Positions 50,134 through 59,508 of a DNA stretch of 64,000 nt are shown here, piece by piece; the stretch's first letter is position 1; each line of letters begins with the position of its first letter. Source of the stretch: Patescibacteria group bacterium (lineage in GTDB: Bacteria; Patescibacteriota; Minisyncoccia; Phycocordibacterales; UBA9973). The DNA lies in the NCBI GenBank assembly GCA_038063515.1, contig JBBTUY010000001.1, positions 10,972 to 74,971 of the forward strand, written 5' to 3'. Below the pieces are notes generated by a model that was not told the origin of the DNA, did not search any database, and saw nothing but the letters and a program-made list of their open reading frames with translations. Both the position numbers and the translations under genes were made by a program.

Positions 50134-51000
50134 ATGCATGAAGATAAAGAAGAACATGTGCCAAACAATTTTTTAGGAATAAATGAAGTGTCCATGGAAG
50201 AGGCACAGGTTTTAGTATTGCCAATACCTCTTGAGGCGACAGTGAGCTATGGTAAAGGTACTGCAAAAGGTCCCGAAGGTATCATTACAGCTTCACAGCA
50301 AGTAGAATTTTATGACCATGAGCTAGGGTATGAGGTGAATGAAGAAGTTAAAATAAAGACATTACCTTATATTGATTTTCCTGAACAAAACGCAGAAAAA
50401 GCACAAGCTATAATATCTGACACGATTAAAGACCTCACTGATAAATTTATATTAAGTCTTGGTGGAGAACACTCTATAACTCCAGCGCTTGTAAGTGAGT
50501 ACAAAAAGAAATACCCTGATCTTTCTATTTTATATTTTGATGCACATACTGACATGCGTGAAGAATACAGAGATACTAGGTGGTCTCATGCCTGTGCGGC
50601 TAGAAGATGCCAGGATGACCATGGTATTAAAAACATAGTCTGGGTAGGTACTAGAAATACTTCTCTAGGCGAACAGCAATATATAAATAAAGATCAAGTG
50701 AATTATGGAAATACATATGACTTAAAGAAAATTTTAAGTCAGCTTTCTGATAACGTATATCTTTCTTTTGATGTAGACGTCTTTGATGTCTCTACTATGC
50801 CAGCAACAGGTACACCAGAGCCAGGAGGAATTTCTTGGTATCAAGCAATGGAGATATTTGAAGCGGTGACACGTGAGAAAAATGTTGTCGGGGCGGATAT
50901 AGCAGAATGCTCTCCGATACAGACTCCTGGATTTCATGGGTATGATTTCTTAGTAGCAAAACTTGCTTTCAAGCTTATTGGGTATAAATTTAGAAAATAA
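50134..51000 (+). CDS. speB: Agmatinase (ureohydrolase family)
   Basis: GGEHSIT, FDAHTD, SHAC, SFDVDVFD..PATGTPEPGG. Confidence 0.88.
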   Translation: MHEDKEEHVPNNFLGINEVSMEEAQVLVLPIPLEATVSYGKGTAKGPEGIITASQQVEFYDHELGYEVNEEVKIKTLPYIDFPEQNAEKAQAIISDTIKDLTDKFILSLGGEHSITPALVSEYKKKYPDLSILYFDAHTDMREEYRDTRWSHACAARRCQDDHGIKNIVWVGTRNTSLGEQQYINKDQVNYGNTYDLKKILSQLSDNVYLSFDVDVFDVSTMPATGTPEPGGISWYQAMEIFEAVTREKNVVGADIAECSPIQTPGFHGYDFLVAKLAFKLIGYKFRK

Positions 51001-51006
51001 AAAATT

Positions 51007-52371
51007 TTAAATCTTAGAAATTTTTTGTCCTTCCTCGGTGTCTTTTACCTCATAGCCGAGAGACTTGATCTTATCTCGTAATTCATCAGAATTTTTAAAG
51101 TCTTTATTTTTTCGAGCTTGCTCTCTTTCTTTTATTATCGACTGAATATTTTCAGGAATTTCTATTTCTTTAGCTTCTTTTAGATTTTTAAAACCAAGTC
51201 CTAAAACTTTATCAAAGTCTAATATTGTCGCCTTGCGGTCTGCTTTAGAGACATTCTCGTCTCTAATTACATCCCAAAGTACTACTAATGCTCGAGGGGT
51301 GTCTAGGTCGTCCGTGATGCATTCAGCAAACTTTTTCTGGTATTTCTTGTCTATTTTACCCACTTTAGTACCTAGTGCTATATAGAGGGAATAAAGGCGT
51401 TTTAGGGCCGTTTCTGCCCCTTCTAGGGCCTCCCAGATGAAGTTTACACGTGTCCTGTAGTTGGCCATGAGAAGCCAGAATCTGTATGCCACAGGGTTTA
51501 TGTTTTGCTCTAGTAAATCTCGCAAAGTAAAGAAATTCTTCTCTGACTTAGACATTTTCTTATTGTCTACGAGGACCCATTCATTATGCATCCAGTATTT
51601 TACAAAATGTTTTCCAGTAGCACCTTCGGACTGAGCTATCTCATTTTCATGATGGGGGAATATGTTGTCTACTCCTCCTGTGTGGATATCAAGTTGCGCT
51701 CCGAGATTTGCTATAGACATAGCAGAACATTCTATATGCCAGCCTGGACGGCCTTTGCCAAGTTTTGTTTTCCAGAATACATCTCCATCTTTTTCGTCCC
51801 ATGCTTTCCATAATGCAAAGTCTTCAGCACTGTCTTTGTCATATTCGTCTTTTTTTATTCTACCTCCTGCATTTTCTTTTTGGTTTTTGAGTACGAGGTG
51901 AGAGAGCTTGCCGTAATTTTTAAATTTCTTTATATCAAAATACACAGAGCCGTCCTCGCTTTTATATGCGAGTTTTTTCTGTAATAACTTTTCTATGATC
52001 TTCACCATTTCTTTTACGTAGCTTGTGGCTTTGGTGAATTTCTTTGGATTTGTGATATTGAGAGATTTTATATCTTTAAAAAATTCTTTAGTGTAGAATT
52101 CTGTAAATTCTTTTAAAGTTTTTCCTTCTTTTTGTGATTCACGGATGGTCTTGTCATCTATGTCTGTGAGGTTCATTATGTGCTTTACTTTGTAGCCTTG
52201 GTAGATGAGGACACGTTTTAATGTGTCAGCAAATATGTAGGCTCTGTAGTTGCCTATGTGTGGATAGTTGTAGACTGTAGGTCCGCAGCTATACATTTTG
52301 ACTTCTTTTTTAGAAAGCGGTGTGAAGATTTCTTTTTTGCGTGATAGGGTATTATAGAATTTTATTTTCAT
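51007..52371 (-). CDS. cysS: Cysteine--tRNA ligase
   Basis: CGPTVY, HIGN, DFALWK, GRPGWHIECS, KMSKS. Confidence 0.97.
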   Translation of the reverse strand: MKIKFYNTLSRKKEIFTPLSKKEVKMYSCGPTVYNYPHIGNYRAYIFADTLKRVLIYQGYKVKHIMNLTDIDDKTIRESQKEGKTLKEFTEFYTKEFFKDIKSLNITNPKKFTKATSYVKEMVKIIEKLLQKKLAYKSEDGSVYFDIKKFKNYGKLSHLVLKNQKENAGGRIKKDEYDKDSAEDFALWKAWDEKDGDVFWKTKLGKGRPGWHIECSAMSIANLGAQLDIHTGGVDNIFPHHENEIAQSEGATGKHFVKYWMHNEWVLVDNKKMSKSEKNFFTLRDLLEQNINPVAYRFWLLMANYRTRVNFIWEALEGAETALKRLYSLYIALGTKVGKIDKKYQKKFAECITDDLDTPRALVVLWDVIRDENVSKADRKATILDFDKVLGLGFKNLKEAKEIEIPENIQSIIKEREQARKNKDFKNSDELRDKIKSLGYEVKDTEEGQKISKI

Positions 52372-52380
52372 TTTATTTTC

Positions 52381-53397
52381 TTAAACTCTTTGTTCATTAA
52401 ATTCATTTCTATAAATAGATATGAGTGTGTAGAGTAGACTCACAGCAAGCGGTCCTACGAGCACCCCTATAGGTCCCAAGAAGGCTATGCCTCCTAGTAC
52501 AGAAAAGAGGATTAGAAATGGATGAATGTTTGTTTGCTTTCCGACAACAAGCGGACTCAAAACATTGTCTATCATTCCTACAATAACAATAGACCAACAC
52601 AAGAGCCCTATGGCTGCAGGTGTGTTTCCAGTTATCATTAAGAAAATAATAGCAGGTACGGATACGAGCGCAGTACCGAGAGTGGGTATGAGAGACATAA
52701 TAGCAGCGACTACACCCCAGAGTGCAGGATTTGGAACATTAAAGAGCCATAAACCAAAGCCCATGAGCATACCTTGAACGAGAGCTATCAAAAGGTAGCC
52801 TTTAACGACAGCATTAACTGCTATTACGAGGTGACTTGTAATTTTTTCATTATATTTGTCTCCGAGAGGTGAGAGGGCTCTTAGAGATTCTTTCCATCTT
52901 GAGCCATCTTTTAAGAAATAGAAAATAATTAAAAGCATTAATATGAAAGAAAAGAATGCTGACAAGGTGCTTTTAAATATATTCGCTATGTTGCTCGATA
53001 CATATGAAATGAGTTCTGTGGCTTTATCGTTTATGTCAAAAGTTACACCTACTGGTAAGTGCTTGCTTATTGTTACTCCTAGGGATTTTATAAATGGACC
53101 AGTGTCTTTGTTGTTTACTACGAGATGGTATACATCTTCACTTTGGTTGTAAACGAGAGTACCAATTAGGAGGAGCGGACCACATATTATGATAGTAAAT
53201 AGTATTACAGTTATTAGTGAAGCAAGCCATTCTGGAAGCTTTATGTTTAACCATCTGTAAATAGGGTGTAATACTATTGCAAAGCAGACACCGAGAACTA
53301 ATACTATCCAAAAAGGACGGAAAATTAAGAAAGTGAATGCTAAAGTCGCTATTAAAAGCCCAAAGAAAAAGTATCTTTCACTAGTTTTTGTTTGCAT
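52381..53397 (-). CDS. AI-2E family transporter
   Basis: Multi-TM; DNVLSP..HPFLILFSVLGG..G..GVLVGP. Confidence 0.88.
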   Translation of the reverse strand: MQTKTSERYFFFGLLIATLAFTFLIFRPFWIVLVLGVCFAIVLHPIYRWLNIKLPEWLASLITVILFTIIICGPLLLIGTLVYNQSEDVYHLVVNNKDTGPFIKSLGVTISKHLPVGVTFDINDKATELISYVSSNIANIFKSTLSAFFSFILMLLIIFYFLKDGSRWKESLRALSPLGDKYNEKITSHLVIAVNAVVKGYLLIALVQGMLMGFGLWLFNVPNPALWGVVAAIMSLIPTLGTALVSVPAIIFLMITGNTPAAIGLLCWSIVIVGMIDNVLSPLVVGKQTNIHPFLILFSVLGGIAFLGPIGVLVGPLAVSLLYTLISIYRNEFNEQRV

Positions 53398-53495
53398 GCT
53401 TTAAGTATAGCATTCGGTAGTAGAGCTTTGCAAAGTCTCGCTCCTAAGTGCTAAAAGCTTGCTTTTTAACACGATTTCTTATAATATAAGGCAAT

Positions 53496-53834
53496 ATGAA
53501 AACAGCAGAGTATGCAGTCATACAAACAGGCGGAAAACAATACAAAGTCTCAGAAGGAGACGTTGTTTCTATTGAGAAAATAAAAGCTCTAAAGGGAAGT
53601 GAATACAAAAAAGGAGACAAGGTTTCCTTTGATCAAGTTCTCTTAGTTGATAGTGGTAAAGATGTAACAATAGGTACTCCTTACATAACTGGTGCTAAAG
53701 TTGACGCTGAAATTACAGAAATAGGACGAGCAAGAAAGATACTTGTTGTAAAATATAAACAAAAGTCTCGCTACCTCCGCCGAAACGGTCACCGCCAGCC
53801 ATTCTTTAAAGTAAAAATAACTTCCATAAAATAA
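53496..53834 (+). CDS. rplU: 50S ribosomal protein L21
   Basis: YAVIQTGGKQYKV, IGTPYI, GHRQPF. Confidence 0.96.
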   Translation: MKTAEYAVIQTGGKQYKVSEGDVVSIEKIKALKGSEYKKGDKVSFDQVLLVDSGKDVTIGTPYITGAKVDAEITEIGRARKILVVKYKQKSRYLRRNGHRQPFFKVKITSIK

Positions 53835-53835
53835 T

Positions 53836-53860
53836 CTGCCTCAAGGGCAGGTTTTTTATT
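53836..53860 (+). terminator. Intrinsic terminator after rplU
   Basis: CTGCCT-CAA-GGGCAG followed by a T tract. Confidence 0.7.
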
Positions 53861-53877
53861 TATGTTATAATATTCTT

Positions 53878-54267
53878 ATGAAAAAATACGAGCAGATTAT
53901 TAAGAAATATTTAAAGGAAAGAGGATGGGATGATTTGCGTCCGGCGGATATTGCTAAGTCTATATCCATAGAGTCCGCAGAGCTTTTAGAGATTTTTCAG
54001 TGGAGCAATCAAAGTCTCGCAGAAGTAAAAAAAGATAAAGAAAAAATAGAAAAGATCAAAAATGAATTAGCTGATGTCTTGAATTATTGTTTTGATATGA
54101 CTGTACTTCTAAATCTAAATACTGAGAAAATACTCATGGATAAGTTAAAAAAAGTTAAAGCAAAGTATCCTGCCCATTTATTTAAAAACCGACCTAAAAA
54201 CGTAGATGCTGGCTCAGAAGAGATCTATTGGAAAATCAAAAAGGAACACAGAATGAAGGGGGAGTAA
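53878..54267 (+). CDS. MazG-like nucleotide pyrophosphohydrolase
   Basis: ERGWD, SISIESAELLEIFQW, ELADVLNY. Confidence 0.85.
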   Translation: MKKYEQIIKKYLKERGWDDLRPADIAKSISIESAELLEIFQWSNQSLAEVKKDKEKIEKIKNELADVLNYCFDMTVLLNLNTEKILMDKLKKVKAKYPAHLFKNRPKNVDAGSEEIYWKIKKEHRMKGE

Positions 54268-54294
54268 TTGGTCAAACTGCCAGGTCGACCAATT

Positions 54295-54906
54295 CTACTG
54301 CCTATTTTTTAATGCATTTTTGAGAGTTTCATTGTCTGAGTATTCAAGCTCGGTGCCTGTTGAGAGTCCACGACCTAGGGAAGATATTTTAGTATTATTT
54401 TTTTCTAGAATAAGAGCAAGCTCTTCGCGTACATAAGAGTCTGTATGGTTGCCTTGAGGGTTTAATGAAAAGGCGAGTACTATCTCTTTTATCTCTTTAT
54501 TATTTTTTATTTTGTTTTTTAATTCTTCTATCCTCACTCGACTTTTGGTATTCTTCTCTACTATAGGTACAAGTCCACCGAGTACAAAATACTTTCCAGT
54601 ATAGACTCTACTTTTCTTTACGGATTCTAGATCAGAATCTTTTTCTACTATCATAAGCATCGATGTATCCACATTTATGTCACTGCATACATCACAATTT
54701 TTATTGTTACCATTTTTGATGATGAAAAATCTAAAACATTCTCTGCACTGAGCCACTTCTTTTTTTATATCTGCTATGAGGCTTGATAAATTTTCGTTAT
54801 ACGCTCCTGTTTTAGACATTAAGAAATACACAAACCTTCTTGCTTGTCTCTCACCTATACCAGGGAATTCCTTAAATACTTCTGTTAGTTTATCTATGAC
54901 ATCCAT
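54295..54906 (-). CDS. recR: Recombination mediator RecR
   Basis: FPGIGERQARR, C4 zinc finger, Toprim (IVEKDSD), LGRGLSTGTELEYSD. Confidence 0.93.
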   Translation of the reverse strand: MDVIDKLTEVFKEFPGIGERQARRFVYFLMSKTGAYNENLSSLIADIKKEVAQCRECFRFFIIKNGNNKNCDVCSDINVDTSMLMIVEKDSDLESVKKSRVYTGKYFVLGGLVPIVEKNTKSRVRIEELKNKIKNNKEIKEIVLAFSLNPQGNHTDSYVREELALILEKNNTKISSLGRGLSTGTELEYSDNETLKNALKNRQ

Positions 54907-54921
54907 CTTATTAATTTCATC

Positions 54922-56358
54922 TTAAAATTCATCCAGACTTCCAGAAATCTTTGATGGTGTAAATTCACTAATATTACTTTTCTCTAAGTTTAAGAATGTT
55001 GTCGTCTTCTCGTCGAAATAAAGTTCTACTTTACCCGTAGGACCATTTCTGTGTTTCTCTACTAGTATCTCGGCTATGTTTGTTCTCTCAGATTCATCTT
55101 TGCCTTTATCTTCACGGTGGATGAACATGACAACGTCTGCATCCTGCTCTATGGATCCAGAGTCACGTAGGTCTGAGAGGCGAGGCTTGCCCCCACGACT
55201 TTCCACTGCACGAGAGAGCTGAGAAAGTGCAAGCACGGGTACATCGAGCTCTTTTGCGAGGCTTTTGAGTGAACGAGATATCTCTGTAACTTGGTTTACC
55301 ATCGAGTCGTAATTTTTAGTTGTTGACATAAGCTGTAAGTAATCTACGACAATGAGGTCGACTCCTTTTTCAGCTTTGATTCTACGAGCAAGTGCCTTCA
55401 TGCGGACTATGGAGTTACCTGCTTGGTCATCAATGTATATTTTTGCTTTTGCAAGCTTGTCGAGAGAGTCACGAAGCTGAGAGAATTCTCTGTCTGAAGA
55501 AAGGTTTCCAGTACGGAGACTCCACGCATTTACTCGAGACTGTGCAGAAAGCATGCGGTCCACTAGCTGTTGCGAGGACATTTCAAGAGAAAATATTAAT
55601 ATTGATTTATCGTGAACGGTTGCAGCGAGTCTAGATATGTCTAGTGCAAGAGTCGTCTTACCCATACTTGGACGAGCAGCGAGAATGATGAGGTCTGAAG
55701 GCTGGAGACCAGAAAGCATCAGATCAAGATCTTTAAATCCAGTTGGTAATCCACGAAGCATGCCTTTGTTCTCATGAAGCTTCTCTAATCTTTCGTATGC
55801 TTCAGGTAGGGAATCCTTAAGAGTTACAAATTTTTGATTTTTAGGACTAGATACTACGCTAAACATTTTCTTTTCAGCTAAATCTAAAATGTCATCCATG
55901 TGGTCTTCACCTTCTTCGAATGCAAGTTCAGAGACATAGTCTGCTGCTTCTATGAGGCTTCTTAATACATATTTTTTTTGCACTATGTCTGCATAATGTT
56001 TAACATTAGTAGAAGATGGAACAATGTTTACTATTTCTGCGAGATATTGATTTCCACCGACTGCTTCTAAGAGTTTTTGTTCACCTAATTTTGTAGAAAG
56101 TGAAAGCATGTCTATAGGCTCATTCTTGAGAGATAGATCAAGCATCGCATTAAATATTTTCTTATGCTTTTCTACATAGAAAGATTCTGGTGTCACCATG
56201 TCTTCTATTTCATGCATTGCATCTTTGCGTAGCATTATGGATCCAAGCACTGCTTGTTCTGAAGGTATGCTCTGAGGAGGTATGCGGATACTGCCTGAAT
56301 TGAAATTTGGTTTTGGGTTTTGTTTATTATGAAAATTATTTTTAGCGTTCCTGTCCAT
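54922..56358 (-). CDS. dnaB: Replicative DNA helicase
   Basis: AARPSMGKT, FSLEMS, VDYLQLM, SDLRDSGSIEQDAD, KHRNGPTG. Confidence 0.97.
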   Translation of the reverse strand: MDRNAKNNFHNKQNPKPNFNSGSIRIPPQSIPSEQAVLGSIMLRKDAMHEIEDMVTPESFYVEKHKKIFNAMLDLSLKNEPIDMLSLSTKLGEQKLLEAVGGNQYLAEIVNIVPSSTNVKHYADIVQKKYVLRSLIEAADYVSELAFEEGEDHMDDILDLAEKKMFSVVSSPKNQKFVTLKDSLPEAYERLEKLHENKGMLRGLPTGFKDLDLMLSGLQPSDLIILAARPSMGKTTLALDISRLAATVHDKSILIFSLEMSSQQLVDRMLSAQSRVNAWSLRTGNLSSDREFSQLRDSLDKLAKAKIYIDDQAGNSIVRMKALARRIKAEKGVDLIVVDYLQLMSTTKNYDSMVNQVTEISRSLKSLAKELDVPVLALSQLSRAVESRGGKPRLSDLRDSGSIEQDADVVMFIHREDKGKDESERTNIAEILVEKHRNGPTGKVELYFDEKTTTFLNLEKSNISEFTPSKISGSLDEF

Positions 56359-56460
56359 ACAAGAATATTAACATACTAGAAAATTTGAGGAAGCCTCTCT
56401 GGTGCGTAAAAGTGGGGGTAAGGTGTGGAGAATTATTTTAAGTGTGATAATATAGTAAAT

Positions 56461-57417
56461 ATGTCTAAGAAAATACTATTATCTGGTTTAAAACCAACAG
56501 GAGCCCCGCATATAGGGAATTATTTTGGTGCAATAAAACAATGGGTAGATCTAATAAATGAGTATGAAAGCTATGTCTTTATTGCTGACTACCACGCCTT
56601 GAATTTCATTCAAAATAGAGAAGAAATGAGTAAAAATATTGTAAATGTTCTGCTCGACTATTTAGCGCTTGGTCTTGATCCAGCAAAAGTTACAATATTT
56701 AAACAAAGTGATGTGAGTGTTCACACTGAGCTCACTTGGATTTTTGATACTATCACCACCATGCCTTACCTTATGCGAGCACATGCATATAAAGATGCAG
56801 AAGCGAAGAATAAAGAGATAGTAGTAGGAACTTTTAATTACCCGTTACTTATGGCTTCTGACATATTGCTTTATGATGCAAATATTGTACCTGTGGGCCA
56901 AGACCAACAGCAGCACGTAGAAATAGCGAGAGATACAGCTCAAAAATTCAACAATACTTTCGGTGAAACTTTTATATTACCAGAACACAAGATAGTGAAA
57001 GAGGTAGCTGTAGTTCCGGGTACAGACGGAAGAAAGATGAGCAAGAGTTATGGCAATACAATCCCGCTATTTGCAGAATATGAAGAAATACAAAAGTTAA
57101 TTATGGGTATTGTGACTGATTCAAGTGAAGGTATTCCTAAAAATGTTTATGAGATACACAAGCTTGTGAGAAGTGAAGATGAATTAAAAAAGATTTATGA
57201 AGAAAATTCAGGAAAGTACAAGATCTTAAAAGAGACACTAATAGAAGACTTAGAGAAATTCATCGCTCCACTTAGGGAAAAGAGGAAAGAATTTGAGAAA
57301 GATATACCAAAAGCACTAGAAATATTAAAAAAGGGTGGAGAAAAAGCAAAGAAAATTGCCGAAGAAAAAATGAAAGAAGTGAGAAAGAAAATAGGAGTGG
57401 ATGTTTATGAAAAATAA
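56461..57417 (+). CDS. trpS: Tryptophan--tRNA ligase
   Basis: SGLKPTGAPHIGNYFG, YPLLMASDIL, VPVGQDQ, KMSKSYGN. Confidence 0.96.
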   Translation: MSKKILLSGLKPTGAPHIGNYFGAIKQWVDLINEYESYVFIADYHALNFIQNREEMSKNIVNVLLDYLALGLDPAKVTIFKQSDVSVHTELTWIFDTITTMPYLMRAHAYKDAEAKNKEIVVGTFNYPLLMASDILLYDANIVPVGQDQQQHVEIARDTAQKFNNTFGETFILPEHKIVKEVAVVPGTDGRKMSKSYGNTIPLFAEYEEIQKLIMGIVTDSSEGIPKNVYEIHKLVRSEDELKKIYEENSGKYKILKETLIEDLEKFIAPLREKRKEFEKDIPKALEILKKGGEKAKKIAEEKMKEVRKKIGVDVYEK

Positions 57418-57700
57418 TATAGATCTCTATAAAAAGGAAGTGACTGAAGTTATTTATAAAATAGCTAAAGATAAAGGTCTTTTGTCTGATTTTATAAAAG
57501 ATATATTAACCCCCCGAGAGTTTGAAAATCTAAGTGTTCGCTGGCAGATAGTCAAACGTCTCTCAAGAGGGGAACATCATCAATCCATAGCAGAAGATTT
57601 ACATTTAGGTGTCGCTACTGTTACCAGGGGATCCAGGGAGATGCGTAAGAAAGAAGGCGGACTTCAAAGAGCATTAAAAGTCCTTAAAGCTATTAAATAA
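57401..57700 (+). CDS. trpR: Trp repressor family protein
   Basis: ILTPRE..L..RWQIV..L..G..H..IAEDL..GVATVTRGSRE matches the TrpR HTH; overlaps the trpS end. Confidence 0.85.
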   Translation: MFMKNNIDLYKKEVTEVIYKIAKDKGLLSDFIKDILTPREFENLSVRWQIVKRLSRGEHHQSIAEDLHLGVATVTRGSREMRKKEGGLQRALKVLKAIK

Positions 57701-57736
57701 AAAACAAAGTTACTCACACATATATAAAAGTCACAC

Positions 57737-57773
57737 TTGACTTTCTTTTCTATATATACTAGCATACTAGTAT
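57737..57773 (+). promoter_or_regulatory. sigma70 promoter overlapped by a TrpR-type operator
   Basis: TTGACT-17 bp-TAGCAT; ATACTAG-CATA-CTAGTAT (57756-57773) has the CTAG-N4-CTAG geometry of the E. coli trp operator. Confidence 0.8.
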
Positions 57774-57894
57774 GATAGTAATAAATCATTTTCAAATGCA
57801 AAAAAATACATTAAACATAATGAGTGAAAATAGGGAAGTCACTGGGTTATCTTGGTGGGGCGTAAAGCATCTAGCTTTTACGTCTCTCTGTTGA
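57772..57894 (+). CDS. Putative Trp attenuator leader peptide (40 aa, tandem TGG TGG)
   Basis: Manual translation MIVINHFQMQKNTLNIMSENREVTGLSWWGVKHLAFTSLC*; alternative ATGs at 57796 and 57820. Confidence 0.7.
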   Translation: MIVINHFQMQKNTLNIMSENREVTGLSWWGVKHLAFTSLC

Positions 57895-57939
57895 TTTCTT
57901 ACTTAATTTTAATTGACTATTTAAAACAAGGAATCCATT

Positions 57940-57966
57940 AAGTGGCGCAAGAGCGTCATTTTTTTT
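57940..57966 (+). terminator. Attenuator-type terminator ahead of the 57990 gene
   Basis: AAGTGGCGC-AAGA-GCGTCATTT followed by a T run. Confidence 0.7.
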
Positions 57967-57989
57967 GTTCTTTAAAAAAGGAGATTAAT

Positions 57990-58766
57990 ATGAAGAGAAA
58001 AGAACTACAGCTCCAGCTGCCAAACGTCGCTGAGATTCCTGCTTGGGTCTTGCGCTCTATTGAGCGCAAGATTAAGAGTGGAACACTTATACTTGTATCT
58101 GCAGTTTGCCCTGACTATGAAAGAGCAGATCGTAGATTTACTTATAAAAATGTTGGCTGGGGTGTACCATACATCGCTGGCCAACATTTGGAAGTGGTCA
58201 AAGCATTAATTTCTCAAATTCCTAATTCTGTTAAAGTTACATACCATGTAACTTTGGCTGATACTGAATTTGATTTACCACTCGTCATGGATCATTTGGT
58301 TGGAGGTGATCCAAATGAATTTCTCCAACGCTGCCAACTTAGTTGCGAGAAAATTCTAGAGCGGGCGCTGGAAATAAATTTGCCAGTCAAAAGCTCAAGC
58401 CGCTTCACTGAGGTTTTCCCTCAATGGTTTCAACTGTATGAATTAGCACTTTTGCAATTCAAACAAGAAGCTAAAGTTAGCTCTTCAACCGGATACGATT
58501 TAGAGTCGGGAGCACAGAAACGTGTCCCACTCTATGCGGCAATGGCGGGTCACGAAGTTGGTGTGGAGTATTGTCGAGAGATGGTATTACGCCAGTGGGC
58601 TCAATATGCGGCATGGGGTGAGGCTGCGCGTGGGGTCTTTGGTCAAGACTTTGTCATGATCAATCACTCGACCCCCAACCTAGGTCGGGTCAATGATCAG
58701 ATTTTCCGGAAGGATAGGGAACGAATTCCAATCCTTCAACTATCGACCACTACGACACCCGAGTAG
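57990..58766 (+). CDS. Hypothetical alpha/beta protein, apparently Trp-regulated
   Basis: AAGGAG-7 nt-ATG at 57990; motifs LILVSAVCPDY and YHVTLADTE; no family recognised. Confidence 0.75.
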   Translation: MKRKELQLQLPNVAEIPAWVLRSIERKIKSGTLILVSAVCPDYERADRRFTYKNVGWGVPYIAGQHLEVVKALISQIPNSVKVTYHVTLADTEFDLPLVMDHLVGGDPNEFLQRCQLSCEKILERALEINLPVKSSSRFTEVFPQWFQLYELALLQFKQEAKVSSSTGYDLESGAQKRVPLYAAMAGHEVGVEYCREMVLRQWAQYAAWGEAARGVFGQDFVMINHSTPNLGRVNDQIFRKDRERIPILQLSTTTTPE

Positions 58767-58778
58767 TGGTCACATCTT

Positions 58779-58810
58779 CACCCTTCTGTCGCTCGTGCGG
58801 TAGAAGGGTG
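58779..58810 (+). terminator. GC-rich hairpin between the two Trp-module genes
   Basis: CACCCTTCTGTCGC-TCGT-GCGGTAGAAGGGTG; weak T tract. Confidence 0.5.
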
Positions 58811-58838
58811 TTAATATTAAAATATTAAATTAAAAAAT

Positions 58839-59465
58839 ATGCCAAAAATTATTCCAATCATTACTAGTGCGCCAATAAAGTATGCTTTTGACGGGCTCGA
58901 CACATATGATGCTTTTGACTTGGTTTCTCAGGGAATCAAAGAAGCACCTCTTTCAGAAAATGTGCTGGAAATTATAAAAAATCATAAATTCTCCTTTCCA
59001 CTTAAAGGAATAAAAATAATTTTTACTGCTGAAAAAGGTCAGACCGTAGAGACGGCAAAACTTTTTATAGACTCTGGAATCACTCCAAATGCAAAAATTG
59101 TTCGTACTTATCTTCTGAATGGTATTAATTTTTCTATGAGAAATTTAATATCAAAGGAGAAGTTTGTCAGTATGCCTCAGGGTCAGGCTCTTTCCTTGGC
59201 ACGCGAAGCTTTTGTCATAGAATTATATAAAAATAATTTAGAAGAATCTTTAGGGAGTATTATTTCACAAATGAATAGTTTACTTTCTTTACTAAAAGAT
59301 CAAAAAGGCTCAGTGCTTTGTATTTCCCACTCTTTTTATATTAAACTTTTTGAAATATATATAAAAGATAGATCCAGGTTTTTAGACGTAGAAATATTAA
59401 TAGATTCATTCAATCCAGAACATAAGCCCTATGAACCACTTTCGGGTTTTATTTTAGAGATTTAA
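58839..59465 (+). CDS. Hypothetical protein, histidine-phosphatase-like fold (degenerate)
   Basis: IIFTAEKGQTVETAKLF and VLCISHSFYIKLF resemble PGM-family segments; RHG motif absent. Confidence 0.5.
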   Translation: MPKIIPIITSAPIKYAFDGLDTYDAFDLVSQGIKEAPLSENVLEIIKNHKFSFPLKGIKIIFTAEKGQTVETAKLFIDSGITPNAKIVRTYLLNGINFSMRNLISKEKFVSMPQGQALSLAREAFVIELYKNNLEESLGSIISQMNSLLSLLKDQKGSVLCISHSFYIKLFEIYIKDRSRFLDVEILIDSFNPEHKPYEPLSGFILEI

Positions 59466-59508
59466 TATATAAATAATAATTATATTTTTATGCTAAACTG
59501 TTTTAATA

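Noticed and set aside
53427-53454. CIRCE-like site (AAGTGCTAA)
   Set aside because: Only the right arm matches; left arm and spacing do not, and it is not upstream of a chaperone gene
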